This document shows, piece by piece, positions 18,933-28,723 of a stretch of DNA of 49,798 bases; positions within the stretch are counted from its first letter, which is position 1, and each line of letters opens with the position of its first letter. Origin of the DNA: Spirochaetales bacterium (GTDB lineage Bacteria; Spirochaetota; Spirochaetia; JABEVK01); contig JBAXAI010000027.1 of NCBI GenBank assembly GCA_037142615.1, positions 1 through 49,798 on the forward strand, given 5' to 3'. The notes beneath the pieces are model-generated. The model was given only the letters and a program-made list of their open reading frames with translations. It had not been told where the DNA came from and did no database searches. Position numbers and translations under genes: made by a program.

Positions 18933-20117
18933 CTAGCAGGTACCGTCGCGGCGGTGCTCAATCAGAATCAGGCTCATGTCGTTCGAACGCCCCTGAAGCC
19001 CGAGGTCTCGGCAAAGGCAGGCGGCGGTTTCGGCCGCGTCGAGGCCCATCTTCAGGCAGCTGTTCACCGTTGCCACGTAGCTGTCGGCGTCGTAGTCGAG
19101 CAGGCTCAGGCCTTCCGGATGCAGGCTGTCGGTCAGCAGAACCAAGCGGGAGCCAGGTAGAAAGGGGAGCTCTTCTTGCGAGTAGCGGGACTTTTCGTAC
19201 ACGCCCAGCGGATACTGCTTGGTCTTTGCTGTCACGAAGGCGGGGCCCGAACCCGCCTGGGCTTCGATCACAAACGGGGGCTGACCGGCGTTGACCCAGC
19301 GGATTTGGTGGTTCCCCAGGTCGAACTCGATGGCCATCAGCGCGACAAACAGGCGGTCGCCACCAGGTTTGTAGCTGCAGAGCTTTTGGTTGAACCATTC
19401 GGCGAAGTCCGCAGGGGTGAACTTGGTGCAATCGAGCCAGGGCTGCAGGTCAGACTCGAGAATGGCCTGGATGAGCCCCACAACGTAACGCGCATCGAGG
19501 CTGTGCCCAGCCACGTCGGCCAGAACCAAAAGCAGTCGGTCATCATCGATGCGTTTGATGTCGACGAAGTCGCCGCCGAACTTGAAGTCTTCGTTGCTGG
19601 AAACATGCAGGTCGATCCCCAGACGGTAGTCGTGCGGAAACTGGCCGTGGAGCAGCTTGTCCTGGAACTTGCGCACCCGGGCGAGCTCGGATTCGACGAA
19701 GGCCCGGTGGTCCTTTTGTCGGCGCTTTTCGTCGTGGACCTTGAGGGCGCGGCGGATCTCGAGAGCCAGTCGGTCGCGGTCCCAAGGTTTGGTGAGGAAG
19801 GACTGCACTCCCGCGTCGAGGAAATCCTGCACGTTGTCGAGGTCGGCGTTACCCGTGAGTACCAGCGGAATGGTGTCGGGCCAGCGGTCGGCTACCACCC
19901 GCAGGAAGTCGCCACCCTTGAGCCCGGGCATCTTCAGGTCGCTGATGAGGACCGCCACGTCGTTGCCTTCTTCCTGAAGGTACGACAAGGCTTCGCTGGC
20001 GCTGCTGGCAGTCACGGGCTGCAGTTGCTCTTCGCGGCACAGGAGGCGAACCTCCCTCATCAAGGCGTCGGTCACCTCGCGCTCGTCGTCCACAAACAGG
20101 ATCTTTTGCGGTCTCAT
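18933..20117 (-). CDS. Response regulator with SpoIIE/PP2C-like phosphatase domain
   Basis: REC (FVDDE, SDLKMPG, KPW); GGDF, ADVAGH, NAGQ, LLTD. Confidence 0.88.
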   Translation of the reverse strand: MRPQKILFVDDEREVTDALMREVRLLCREEQLQPVTASSASEALSYLQEEGNDVAVLISDLKMPGLKGGDFLRVVADRWPDTIPLVLTGNADLDNVQDFLDAGVQSFLTKPWDRDRLALEIRRALKVHDEKRRQKDHRAFVESELARVRKFQDKLLHGQFPHDYRLGIDLHVSSNEDFKFGGDFVDIKRIDDDRLLLVLADVAGHSLDARYVVGLIQAILESDLQPWLDCTKFTPADFAEWFNQKLCSYKPGGDRLFVALMAIEFDLGNHQIRWVNAGQPPFVIEAQAGSGPAFVTAKTKQYPLGVYEKSRYSQEELPFLPGSRLVLLTDSLHPEGLSLLDYDADSYVATVNSCLKMGLDAAETAACLCRDLGLQGRSNDMSLILIEHRRDGTC

Positions 20118-21265
20118 GATGCATCCTCCAATTCAGTCAAAGCCGGTAACCGCACAGTAAAGCAGACTCCGGAACCAGGTTCAGAATCCACGGTCAGGGT
20201 ACCCCCGGACTCCTCCAGGATGCCCAGCGAAATGCTGAGGCCCAGGCCGGTTCCGGCACCCACCTCTTTGGTGGTGAAAAAAGGCTCAAAAATCCGGTCG
20301 CGGACTTCCGGGGCAATGCCAGCCCCGTTGTCGCGCACGGCGACAAAGACTTCGTCGCCCGAGTTCCAGGTATGCACCCAGATGGTGCCCTTTTCCGAGG
20401 CCCCGGGGCTCTCGAGAGCATCACCGGCGTTGCTGAACAGGTTTACAAACACCTGCTCCAGGCGCCCAGGAACGGCCAGTACCTGCGGTGGGTTGCCGTA
20501 GGTGGTTTCGACCTTGAAGCCTTTGAGCTTGCCACCGACCACCCGCAGGCTATCGCGGACAATCTGGTCGACATCGCACGACACCGGCACCGTGGCGTCC
20601 GTATGGGCGAAGTTTCGAAGCCCCTGCACGATGTCGCGGATGCGGTTGGCACCCCGCTGCGAGTCGCCGAGCAATTGAGTGAGGTCGCCGACGACGAACT
20701 TCAGGTCGTCAGAATCGCGTATGGCCAGGTAGTCCCGGAAGGCCGGATCCGACGGAGCGGCTCCCGCACGGGCCGCTGCGACCGCTTCGTCACCGGCGGC
20801 AGCCAAGCGCACCAAGTACGCAACGTAGCCTTCGAGCGTGGTGAGGTTGGAAAGCAGATAGCCGGTCGGGTTGTTGATCTCATGCGCGACTCCAGCCGCC
20901 AAACGTCCGAGCGAGGCCATTTTTTCGTGCTGCATCAACATGTCGCTGGTCGACTTGAGCTTAGTCAGGGCATCGAGCAGCTCGGCGTTCCGCGCCAGCA
21001 TACGCTTTTCGAGGAGCTCGTCGCGGAGGGTGACTTCGGTCGACATCTGGTTGAACAGTTCGGTGAACTGGCGCAGCGACTTCGGTCCCCTTGGATCGAC
21101 CTGAACCGCCCTCTCGCCGGCCTTGAGCCGCAAGGCAGCAGTTTGCAAGGCCGACAGGGTGCCGACAGAATGCAGGTGGAACCACCGCACGGTCAGCGCA
21201 GCGACTGTCACAAGGGTGAGCCCGGTGAGACCAAGGATTGCGATAAGTTCCGCTGATAAGTTCAT
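20114..21265 (-). CDS. NtrB-like histidine kinase with HAMP domain
   Basis: Single TM, HAMP, AGVAHEINNP, QVFVNL, DNGAG, FFTTK, GTGLGL. Confidence 0.92.
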   Translation of the reverse strand: MNLSAELIAILGLTGLTLVTVAALTVRWFHLHSVGTLSALQTAALRLKAGERAVQVDPRGPKSLRQFTELFNQMSTEVTLRDELLEKRMLARNAELLDALTKLKSTSDMLMQHEKMASLGRLAAGVAHEINNPTGYLLSNLTTLEGYVAYLVRLAAAGDEAVAAARAGAAPSDPAFRDYLAIRDSDDLKFVVGDLTQLLGDSQRGANRIRDIVQGLRNFAHTDATVPVSCDVDQIVRDSLRVVGGKLKGFKVETTYGNPPQVLAVPGRLEQVFVNLFSNAGDALESPGASEKGTIWVHTWNSGDEVFVAVRDNGAGIAPEVRDRIFEPFFTTKEVGAGTGLGLSISLGILEESGGTLTVDSEPGSGVCFTVRLPALTELEDAS

Positions 21266-21285
21266 GATATCCTCAGAGAGTCTGA

Positions 21286-21301
21286 AGCACAAAGCGTGCC
21301 A
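21286..21301 (-). promoter_or_regulatory. Sigma54 (-24/-12) promoter
   Basis: TGGCACGCTTTGTGCT = GG-N10-GC, upstream of the GAGGA SD and ATG 21265. Confidence 0.75.
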
Positions 21302-21304
21302 AGT

Positions 21305-22672
21305 TTAGCTGGTGATGAGGCCATACTGGTGAAGCTTGTTGTACAGTTGCCGCCGGGAGATGCCCAAACGCTGGGCCGCCAGGCTCCGGTTGCCGTCGGC
21401 CACCCCGATCACAGCGACCAGGTGCTGTCTTTCGTGCCAAGAAAGGAACTCCTGCAGGTTGGTCACGGCCAACGACACCACCGGATTCGCGGCGGCCGCA
21501 CGTGTTCCCCCTTGCCGTACTTCCGTCGGCAGGTCTTCGAGAACGGCCCGGGTGCCTGTTGCCATGGTAAAGGCCCGGGCCACGGCGTTTTCCAGCTCGC
21601 GCACGTTGCCCGGCCAGCGGTAGGCCTCGAGCGCTTCGGCGGCGTCGCGGCTGAAGCCCTCCATGGGCTTGTTGTACTTCACCGAAAAGGCCGCCAGAAA
21701 ACGCGTGGCCAGCACCAGGATGTCTTCGCGGCGTTCCCGCAGCGGAGGAATGCGCACCTGGATGACGTTCAGCCGGTAGTATAGGTCTTCGCGGAACTTG
21801 CCGGCCGCCACGGCCTCGGTCAGGTTCTGGTTGGTGGCTGCAAGCAGCCGGACATCGGCCTTGAGTGTGCGTACACCTCCCACCCTCTCGTAGGTGCCGT
21901 CCTGGACTACCCGGAGCAGCTTGGCTTGCAAGCCGGGTTCCAAGTCGCCGATTTCGTCCAGGAACAGCGTTCCGCCGTGTGCAAGCTCGAACTTGCCCGG
22001 TTTGGAGCCCACCGCGCCGGTAAAGGCCCCTTTTTCGTGCCCAAACATCTCACTTTCGAGCAGGCTCGAAACCAGCCCCGCGCAGTTGACCTTGATAAAG
22101 GGACCCGAGGCCCGGCCCGACATGCGCTGCAGGGCGTTGGCGATGATCTCTTTTCCCACCCCCGATTCGCCAAGGAGCAAGACGGGGAAGTCGCTGCCTC
22201 GGATGCGTTCGAGCGCCTGTCGCACCTCCTGCATTCCTGGGCTCGGGAGCCGGATCTGCCAGCCGGGCCGGATAGAGCCCTCGCGACGCAAGTCACGCAG
22301 ACCGACCAGGCGCTCGAGGCGGTGTACCAGTTCCTCGGTACTCACCGGCTTGGTGAAGTAGTCTTCGGCCCCGTCCTTGAGGCATTCCACGGCGGTGCGG
22401 GCGTCGGTGGCGGCCGTCAGCACAAGCACGTCGGTGTCTTTGCGGTTGGTCTTGATTTCGCTCAGCAACTCGCGGCCGCTCATGCCGGGCAGGTTGAGGT
22501 CGGTCACGACCCCGTCAAAGGGGAACTCAGCAAGCAATTTCTGCGCCTCTTCGGCGGTGCTGGCCACGGACACGAGCAAACGGTCACCGAGAGAGCCGCC
22601 CGAAAGTTGGTGGGCAAGAACTTTGAGCTGCATCAGGTCGTCATCGACCAAGAGAAGACGATAGCGGTCCAT
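21305..22672 (-). CDS. NtrC-family sigma54-dependent response regulator
   Basis: REC, GESGVGKE, GAFTGA, LFLDEI, WPGNVREL, Fis-type HTH. Confidence 0.95.
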   Translation of the reverse strand: MDRYRLLLVDDDLMQLKVLAHQLSGGSLGDRLLVSVASTAEEAQKLLAEFPFDGVVTDLNLPGMSGRELLSEIKTNRKDTDVLVLTAATDARTAVECLKDGAEDYFTKPVSTEELVHRLERLVGLRDLRREGSIRPGWQIRLPSPGMQEVRQALERIRGSDFPVLLLGESGVGKEIIANALQRMSGRASGPFIKVNCAGLVSSLLESEMFGHEKGAFTGAVGSKPGKFELAHGGTLFLDEIGDLEPGLQAKLLRVVQDGTYERVGGVRTLKADVRLLAATNQNLTEAVAAGKFREDLYYRLNVIQVRIPPLRERREDILVLATRFLAAFSVKYNKPMEGFSRDAAEALEAYRWPGNVRELENAVARAFTMATGTRAVLEDLPTEVRQGGTRAAAANPVVSLAVTNLQEFLSWHERQHLVAVIGVADGNRSLAAQRLGISRRQLYNKLHQYGLITS

Positions 22673-22724
22673 GTGAGAAGTATAATGCACAACTCCCCTC
22701 TTGCAAGAGGCAAAAAAGTGCACA

Positions 22725-23495
22725 CTACGCGCCGGGATTCGCCTTGAACGCCTGGGGGCTGACCCCGACGTGCGCCTTGAACTGGTGGCTGAAATGGAAC
22801 TCGTCGTGAAAGCCCAGATCGAGAGCGATGGTGCGCAGGCTTTCGTCGCCGCCCATCAGGCGGTGCTTGGCCGAGTCGAGGCGCAGGTCGAGGAAATACC
22901 GCATCGGCGGCACGCCCACGTGGCGCTTGAACAGCCGCACAAAGTAGGTCTTGTCGATGCCCAGATGGGCTGCAAGCGCCGCGAGGTCCACCGGCTCGTG
23001 AAGGGTCGCCTGCATCATGCCCATGGCTTCTTCGACGTAGTGCCCATGACCGATGGCGCCACCCCGGGGTCCGGCCGCCAAATCGCACAGCAGCGCGGCA
23101 AACCGGTAGTCGGCCGAACGCTTGGCCAGCGGGTCGTTGCTCGCCCAACGGCGGCGGATGTCTTCGAAAGTGGTGGCTTGGCCTTTTCCGATGGTGATGC
23201 AGGCCTGCGACTCAAACCTGGCCTGGAGCCGGGGCAGCAAGCCGTCCGGGTCGTCGCTCGGGGTGAAAAGCAACCAGTAGAGCCGAAACCGGTCGTCGGC
23301 CCGCGCCGCGGCCCGGTGGGACTCACCAGGACCCGACAGGAATAGGGTGCCGGGCTCGACAGCCATTTCCGACCCGTTGTTCCAAAACGTGCCCCGGCCT
23401 TCGACAAAGTAGTGGAACTCGTGAAGGTCACCATCGGGGTGGGCGTGGAGTTGAATACCCGTCGCCGAGTTGAAGCCGGTATGGACCACTTGCAT
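22725..23495 (-). CDS. AraC-family regulator with cupin domain
   Basis: HAH..HE cupin motif; LGFHDEFHFSHQFK AraC signature. Confidence 0.92.
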   Translation of the reverse strand: MQVVHTGFNSATGIQLHAHPDGDLHEFHYFVEGRGTFWNNGSEMAVEPGTLFLSGPGESHRAAARADDRFRLYWLLFTPSDDPDGLLPRLQARFESQACITIGKGQATTFEDIRRRWASNDPLAKRSADYRFAALLCDLAAGPRGGAIGHGHYVEEAMGMMQATLHEPVDLAALAAHLGIDKTYFVRLFKRHVGVPPMRYFLDLRLDSAKHRLMGGDESLRTIALDLGFHDEFHFSHQFKAHVGVSPQAFKANPGA

Positions 23496-23576
23496 GTCAA
23501 GATTTTACATGCCCGGGTCAATGGCCACAATAGCCCAAGAGGCCGCTGGCAACGTACCATTAGCCCGGAGGAGCCC

Positions 23577-25328
23577 ATGTACCGCTGGTTCTGGAGCTTT
23601 TTACGACCTTATCGTTTCATTCTTGCGGGGGCTCTCGTCTTGACGGTGTTTGCGAGCGCCCTTGGCATGGTCAATCCCTCACTCACGGGCATCTTGGTCG
23701 ACAAGGTGATCCTTGGTCGCGATTTCGGCCTGCTCTGGGGATTGCTGGGCCTGCTGCTTGGCGCGACGGTGGTTCGTATGGCCTTCCGCTGGGTGTTCGT
23801 GATGACCTTTGAGCACGTCAGCCAGCGCATCGTCAAAACGCTGCGCGAGGCGCTGTTCGTCAAGCTTCAGCGCATGGACTTCGCGTACTTTGACCGCACC
23901 CGCACCGGCGACCTGATGGCGCTGATGACCGGCGACCTCGACACCTGCCGCCACCTCGTCGCCTGGGTCATCTACCAGAGTTTTGAAAACAGCTTGGTAT
24001 TCCTCTTTTCGGTGTCGGTGCTCATGAGCATCCATGCGGGGCTCACGGCCATCCTTTTGCTGGTGACCCCGGCCATTGCCGTGTCGGCCATCTTTTTGGC
24101 CAAGGAAGTGCGTCCCCAATTCGGCCGGGTGCGCGCCCAGTTCTCGCGCCTCAATTCTGTTGTGCAGGAAAACATCGCCGGCAACCGGGTCGTCAAAGCC
24201 TTTGTCCGCGAGGAAGAAGAACTGCGCAAGTTCCGCACCGAGAACGACGAGTACCGCAACCGCAACCTCGAGGCCGCCAAGGTTTGGGGCAAGTACATTC
24301 CGCTCATCGAGGGCTTTTCGGGCCTGCTGATGGTGATCATGGTGCTCGGCGGCGGTCTGTTGATTCTGCAGGGCGCGCTCACGATTGGCTCGCTCGTCAT
24401 TTTTACCGGCCTGGTGTGGGCGCTGACGCAGCCTCTGCGCATGAGCGGTTGGCTGATCAACGATGCCCAGCGCTTTGCCGCCAGCCTGGAACGCCTGTAT
24501 GAACTCAGCAAAGTCGAAAGCGCCATCCAAACCTCAGCCAACGTTCCGGCGCCCGCCTCTATCCCCGACTTCGCCACGGCGGCTTTCGAGTTCCGCCACG
24601 TCGATTTTGCCTACGGCGCCGAACCGGTGCTGCACGACGTGAGTTTTTCGGTGCGCTCGGGTCAGACCGTCGGCATCGTGGGGCCCACCGGCAGCGGCAA
24701 GAGCACGTTGCTGCGACTCCTGGCCCGGTTTCAGGACCCGACGGCCGGCGAGGTGCTTTGGGGCAAGGTTGACTTGAGGCAGTGGCCGCTCGAAACCCTT
24801 CGCCGCAGCGTCGGCTTTGCCATGCAGGACGTCTTCTTGTTTTCCGACACCTTGGAAGGCAACATCGTTTTTGGTAAACCCGACGCCACCGAGGCCCAAG
24901 CCGCCGAGGCCGCCCGGCAAGCGCAGGCGCACGAATTCATTTCGCGGCTCGACGAAGGGTACGACACCATCGTCGGCGAGCGCGGCATCGGCCTGTCGGG
25001 GGGGCAGCGCCAGCGGGTGGCCTTGGCCCGACTGCTGTTGGCTGATCCGCCGGTGCTCGTGCTCGACGACACCACCAGCGCAGTTGACCTCGAGACCGAG
25101 GCCCATTTGCAAGAAACCATGCGTCACTTGTACGGCAAAAAAACGCTGTTCATCGTGGCCCACCGCATCAGTTCGATCGCGCACGCCGACCTGATTCTGG
25201 TGCTCGACGGCGGCCGCATCGTGCAGCGGGGCCAACACGCCGACCTGATCACCCAGCCCGGTTGGTACCGCGACGTGCATTTTCACCAGTTGGGCCTCGA
25301 TGCCGAAGGGGCCCACCATGGCGCGTAA
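23577..25328 (+). CDS. ABC exporter TMD-NBD subunit with degenerate Walker B
   Basis: GPTGSGKST, LSGGQ, LVLDD (Asp for the catalytic Glu); GGAGG SD. Confidence 0.92.
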   Translation: MYRWFWSFLRPYRFILAGALVLTVFASALGMVNPSLTGILVDKVILGRDFGLLWGLLGLLLGATVVRMAFRWVFVMTFEHVSQRIVKTLREALFVKLQRMDFAYFDRTRTGDLMALMTGDLDTCRHLVAWVIYQSFENSLVFLFSVSVLMSIHAGLTAILLLVTPAIAVSAIFLAKEVRPQFGRVRAQFSRLNSVVQENIAGNRVVKAFVREEEELRKFRTENDEYRNRNLEAAKVWGKYIPLIEGFSGLLMVIMVLGGGLLILQGALTIGSLVIFTGLVWALTQPLRMSGWLINDAQRFAASLERLYELSKVESAIQTSANVPAPASIPDFATAAFEFRHVDFAYGAEPVLHDVSFSVRSGQTVGIVGPTGSGKSTLLRLLARFQDPTAGEVLWGKVDLRQWPLETLRRSVGFAMQDVFLFSDTLEGNIVFGKPDATEAQAAEAARQAQAHEFISRLDEGYDTIVGERGIGLSGGQRQRVALARLLLADPPVLVLDDTTSAVDLETEAHLQETMRHLYGKKTLFIVAHRISSIAHADLILVLDGGRIVQRGQHADLITQPGWYRDVHFHQLGLDAEGAHHGA

Positions 25329-27078
25329 CAAGTTCGACGTCGATGAGGACCTGAACCAGGAGTTCAACCTCCACGCGGTGCGCCGTATTTTGGCGTACCT
25401 GAAGCCCTACCGGGGACCGGTGGCCTTTGCCGTGGCGCTCATGATCACCGCGAGCTTCGCAGGGCTGTTGCCTCCGTGGCTCATCCAGCAGGCTCTCGAC
25501 CTCGCCATCCCCCACAAGGATGTCGGCCACTTGATCCTGCTGTCGCTGGGGATTCTGGCCACCGTCGCGGTGGGCGCTGTGGCGCTGTTCCTCCGCATCC
25601 GGGTGATGAACCGCATCGGCCAGAGCATCATCCACAACGTGCGCGAAGACCTGTTCCGGCATCTGCAGGAACTGCCGTTCAGCTACTTCGACTCGCGGCC
25701 GCACGGGAAAATCCTCATCCGCGTGGTGAACTACGTCAACTCGCTGTCGGACCTGTTGTCGAACGGCCTGATCAACCTGATTGCCGACCTGTTCAGCTTG
25801 GCTTTCATCATCGCGTTCATGCTGGTGCTCGACGTTCGCCTGACGCTGATCTGCCTCACGGTACTGCCGGTGCTGTTTGCGGCCATCCTGTTGATGCAAC
25901 GCCGTCAGCGCCGGGCCTTTCAAGACCTCAGCCGCAAGCAGTCCAACCTCAACGCCTACCTGCACGAGAGCCTGTCGGGCATCAAGATCACGCAGAGTTT
26001 TGCGCGTGAGAGCGAGAACGAGACGACCTTCCGCCGCGTGGGCGAGGCCTGGCGCTCGAGTTGGATGAAGGCAGTCGGCATCATGTTCGCTACCTGGCCG
26101 GTGATCGAAATTTTGTCGGTGCTCGGCGTGTGCCTGGTGTACGTGTCGGTGGTCGACTGGTTCCGCGACGCCATCAGCATCGGCGTCATCGTGGCCTTCG
26201 TCGGCTACGTGTGGCGGTTCTGGGCCCCCATCGCCACCATCGGCCAGTTTTACACCAGCTTGGTTCAATCGGCGGCGTACCTGGAGCGCATTTTCGAGAC
26301 CATCGACGAGCCCTCGGCCATTGTCGACGCCCCCGACTCCCGGCCGGTGACCCACGTGGACGGCGAGGTCGAGTTCCGGCACGTGGACTTCCGTTACGAC
26401 AGCGGCCCGGCGGTGCTCAGCGACCTCAGCTTCCACGTCAAGCCGGGCGAGACGATCGCGCTGGTGGGGGCCACCGGGGCCGGCAAAACCACCATCGTCA
26501 ACCTCTTGTCGCGGTTCTACACCCCTACCGGTGGCACCATTCTGCTCGATGGCCAGCCCCTCGACGCGCTCACCCTGGCCTCGTTGCGCCGCCATGTGGG
26601 CGTGATGAGCCAGGACAACTTTTTGTTTTCGGGCACCATCCGCGACAACATCCGTTACGGCAAACTCGACGCCACCGACGCTGAGATCGAGGCGGCCGCG
26701 CGCGCCATCCACGCGCATGACTTTATCGAAAAGCTGCCCGAAGGCTACAACACGCCCGTCAGCGAGCGGGGCCTGCGCCTCTCGATGGGCCAACGCCAGC
26801 TCATCAGCTTTGCCCGCGCCTTGCTGGCCGATCCGGCCCTGCTCATCCTCGACGAGGCGACCAGTTCGGTGGATACTGAAACTGAGCGGTTGGTGCAAAA
26901 AGGCCTGGCCAAGCTGCTCGACGGCCGCACCAGTTTCGTCATCGCCCACCGCCTGAGCACGATTCAGAACGCCGACCGTATTTTCGTCATCGACGCGGGC
27001 AAGATTATCGAAGAGGGCAAGCACGCGGAGCTCTTGAGCCGCGGCGGCCAGTATGCCCGCCTGAACGGCGGCCCTTAG
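25318..27078 (+). CDS. ABC exporter TMD-NBD subunit (heterodimer partner)
   Basis: GATGAGKTT, LSMGQ, LILDEATSSVD, IAHRLST. Confidence 0.92.
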   Translation: MARNKFDVDEDLNQEFNLHAVRRILAYLKPYRGPVAFAVALMITASFAGLLPPWLIQQALDLAIPHKDVGHLILLSLGILATVAVGAVALFLRIRVMNRIGQSIIHNVREDLFRHLQELPFSYFDSRPHGKILIRVVNYVNSLSDLLSNGLINLIADLFSLAFIIAFMLVLDVRLTLICLTVLPVLFAAILLMQRRQRRAFQDLSRKQSNLNAYLHESLSGIKITQSFARESENETTFRRVGEAWRSSWMKAVGIMFATWPVIEILSVLGVCLVYVSVVDWFRDAISIGVIVAFVGYVWRFWAPIATIGQFYTSLVQSAAYLERIFETIDEPSAIVDAPDSRPVTHVDGEVEFRHVDFRYDSGPAVLSDLSFHVKPGETIALVGATGAGKTTIVNLLSRFYTPTGGTILLDGQPLDALTLASLRRHVGVMSQDNFLFSGTIRDNIRYGKLDATDAEIEAAARAIHAHDFIEKLPEGYNTPVSERGLRLSMGQRQLISFARALLADPALLILDEATSSVDTETERLVQKGLAKLLDGRTSFVIAHRLSTIQNADRIFVIDAGKIIEEGKHAELLSRGGQYARLNGGP

Positions 27079-27089
27079 GAGTGTTTTCC

Positions 27090-27827
27090 ATGACTGTTTC
27101 TGACTTGGCAAAAATGATCGACCATTCTCTGCTGCATCCCACCATGACCGAAAAAGACCTCACCGAAGGGTGCCTGCTTGCCGCCCGCTACCAGGTCGCC
27201 TCGGTGTGCATCAAGCCCTACGCGGTGCCGCTGGCCTGCCGCTTGCTGGCCGGCTCGGGCGTGGCCGTCGGTACCGTGATCGGTTTTCCCCACGGAGGCA
27301 ACACCACCGGGATCAAGGTGGCCGAGGCCCTCGAGGCGTGCGCGCTGGGCGCCACCGAAATCGACATGGTGGTGAACATCGGCCAGGTTCTCGGGGGTGA
27401 GTGGAGCGCCGTGCAGCGTGAAATCGAGGCCGTCCACGTGGTCAGCGTTTCGAGGGGAGCCCTGGTGAAGGTGATCTTCGAGAACGACTTTCTGAGCCTC
27501 GCCGCGATCACCAAGCTGACCGAGCTCTGCAATGGGGTCGGTGTCGCCTTCGTGAAGACCTCGACCGGCTACGGGTTCGTCAAGCAGCCCGATGGCCAGT
27601 ACAACTACAAGGGCGCCACCGTCGAGCACCTCAAGCTCATGCGCCAGGTGGCGTTGCCGGCGGTCCAGGTGAAGGCGGCCGGTGGGGTCCGGACCCTGAA
27701 GGACCTTGTCACCGTCCGGTCGTTGGGCGTTACCCGGGTGGGGGCCACAGCCACCGCCGTCATGCTCGACGAAGCGAAAAAGCTGCTGGCCGAGGGCGTC
27801 GACCTCAACAGCCTGATTTCGGGCTAG
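27090..27827 (+). CDS. deoC: Deoxyribose-phosphate aldolase
   Basis: IDHSLLHP, IGFPHG, EIDMVVN, FVKTSTG, KAAGGVR. Confidence 0.95.
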   Translation: MTVSDLAKMIDHSLLHPTMTEKDLTEGCLLAARYQVASVCIKPYAVPLACRLLAGSGVAVGTVIGFPHGGNTTGIKVAEALEACALGATEIDMVVNIGQVLGGEWSAVQREIEAVHVVSVSRGALVKVIFENDFLSLAAITKLTELCNGVGVAFVKTSTGYGFVKQPDGQYNYKGATVEHLKLMRQVALPAVQVKAAGGVRTLKDLVTVRSLGVTRVGATATAVMLDEAKKLLAEGVDLNSLISG

Positions 27828-28723
27828 AACCGCTGTTCGCGGATGTAGGGCACACCGAGAGCTTGCGGGCCCTTGGCCATTTTGTGCTTGGTCCGCCAGC
27901 CGACGACGATCAGCACCGCGATGGTCAGCACGTACGGGAGCATGTTGAGGAAGTAGGTGGGAATCTTGCTGCCCGCCAACTGCAACCGAAAGCCCAGCGT
28001 GTCGAGGAACCCGAAAAACCAACACGCGGCCAGGGCCCCCAGCGGATTCCAGCGCGCAAAAATGACCAGCGCGATGGCGATCCAACCGCGACCGGTCGTC
28101 ATGCCCTCGATCCAGGTGGGTGAAAACACCAGCAGCAGGTTGGCGCCGCCCAGGCCCATCAGCATGGACCCGCCCACGACGCAAAAGTAGCGCACCGCTT
28201 GCACCCGGATGCCCATGACATCGGCGGTTGCCGGATTGTCTCCCACCGCGCGAAGATGCAGGCCCCAGCTCGTGTGAAAAAACGCCAACTGAAGCACCAA
28301 CACCAGCCCCAGGCTGGCCAAGGCAAACCCATCGACGGTTCCCAGCACCCCGAGGTCGAACTTCGCGATGGCGCCGGCCACCGGAATGCCCGTGAAGGCC
28401 TTGCCCAGGTAGGCCGACAACCCGCTGCCGAACAGCGTGAGCGCCAGCCCGCTGACGATCTGGTTGGCCCGCAGCGTGACGGTCAGAAAGGCGTGCAGCA
28501 TTCCCAGAGCCCCGGTGACCAGCAGCACCGCCAGCAGGGCGAGCACCAGGTTGCCGGTCGCGAGGTAGGTGCCGGCCGCCGTGACGGCCCCCATCAGCAT
28601 CAGCCCCTCGGCCCCCAGTTGAATAATTCCTGAACGCTCGATAAGAATGCCGCCCAAGGTGACAAACAATAGCGGCGTGCCCGAAGCAATCGCGGCGGTG
28701 AGCAGTTGGGTGAAGACTTCCAT
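27824..28723 (-). CDS. Nucleoside/sugar ABC permease
   Basis: ERSG..LGAEG, LRAVGDNP.TAD..G, GRGWIAIA, P.ALG.PY.RE. Confidence 0.92.
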   Translation of the reverse strand: MEVFTQLLTAAIASGTPLLFVTLGGILIERSGIIQLGAEGLMLMGAVTAAGTYLATGNLVLALLAVLLVTGALGMLHAFLTVTLRANQIVSGLALTLFGSGLSAYLGKAFTGIPVAGAIAKFDLGVLGTVDGFALASLGLVLVLQLAFFHTSWGLHLRAVGDNPATADVMGIRVQAVRYFCVVGGSMLMGLGGANLLLVFSPTWIEGMTTGRGWIAIALVIFARWNPLGALAACWFFGFLDTLGFRLQLAGSKIPTYFLNMLPYVLTIAVLIVVGWRTKHKMAKGPQALGVPYIREQRF

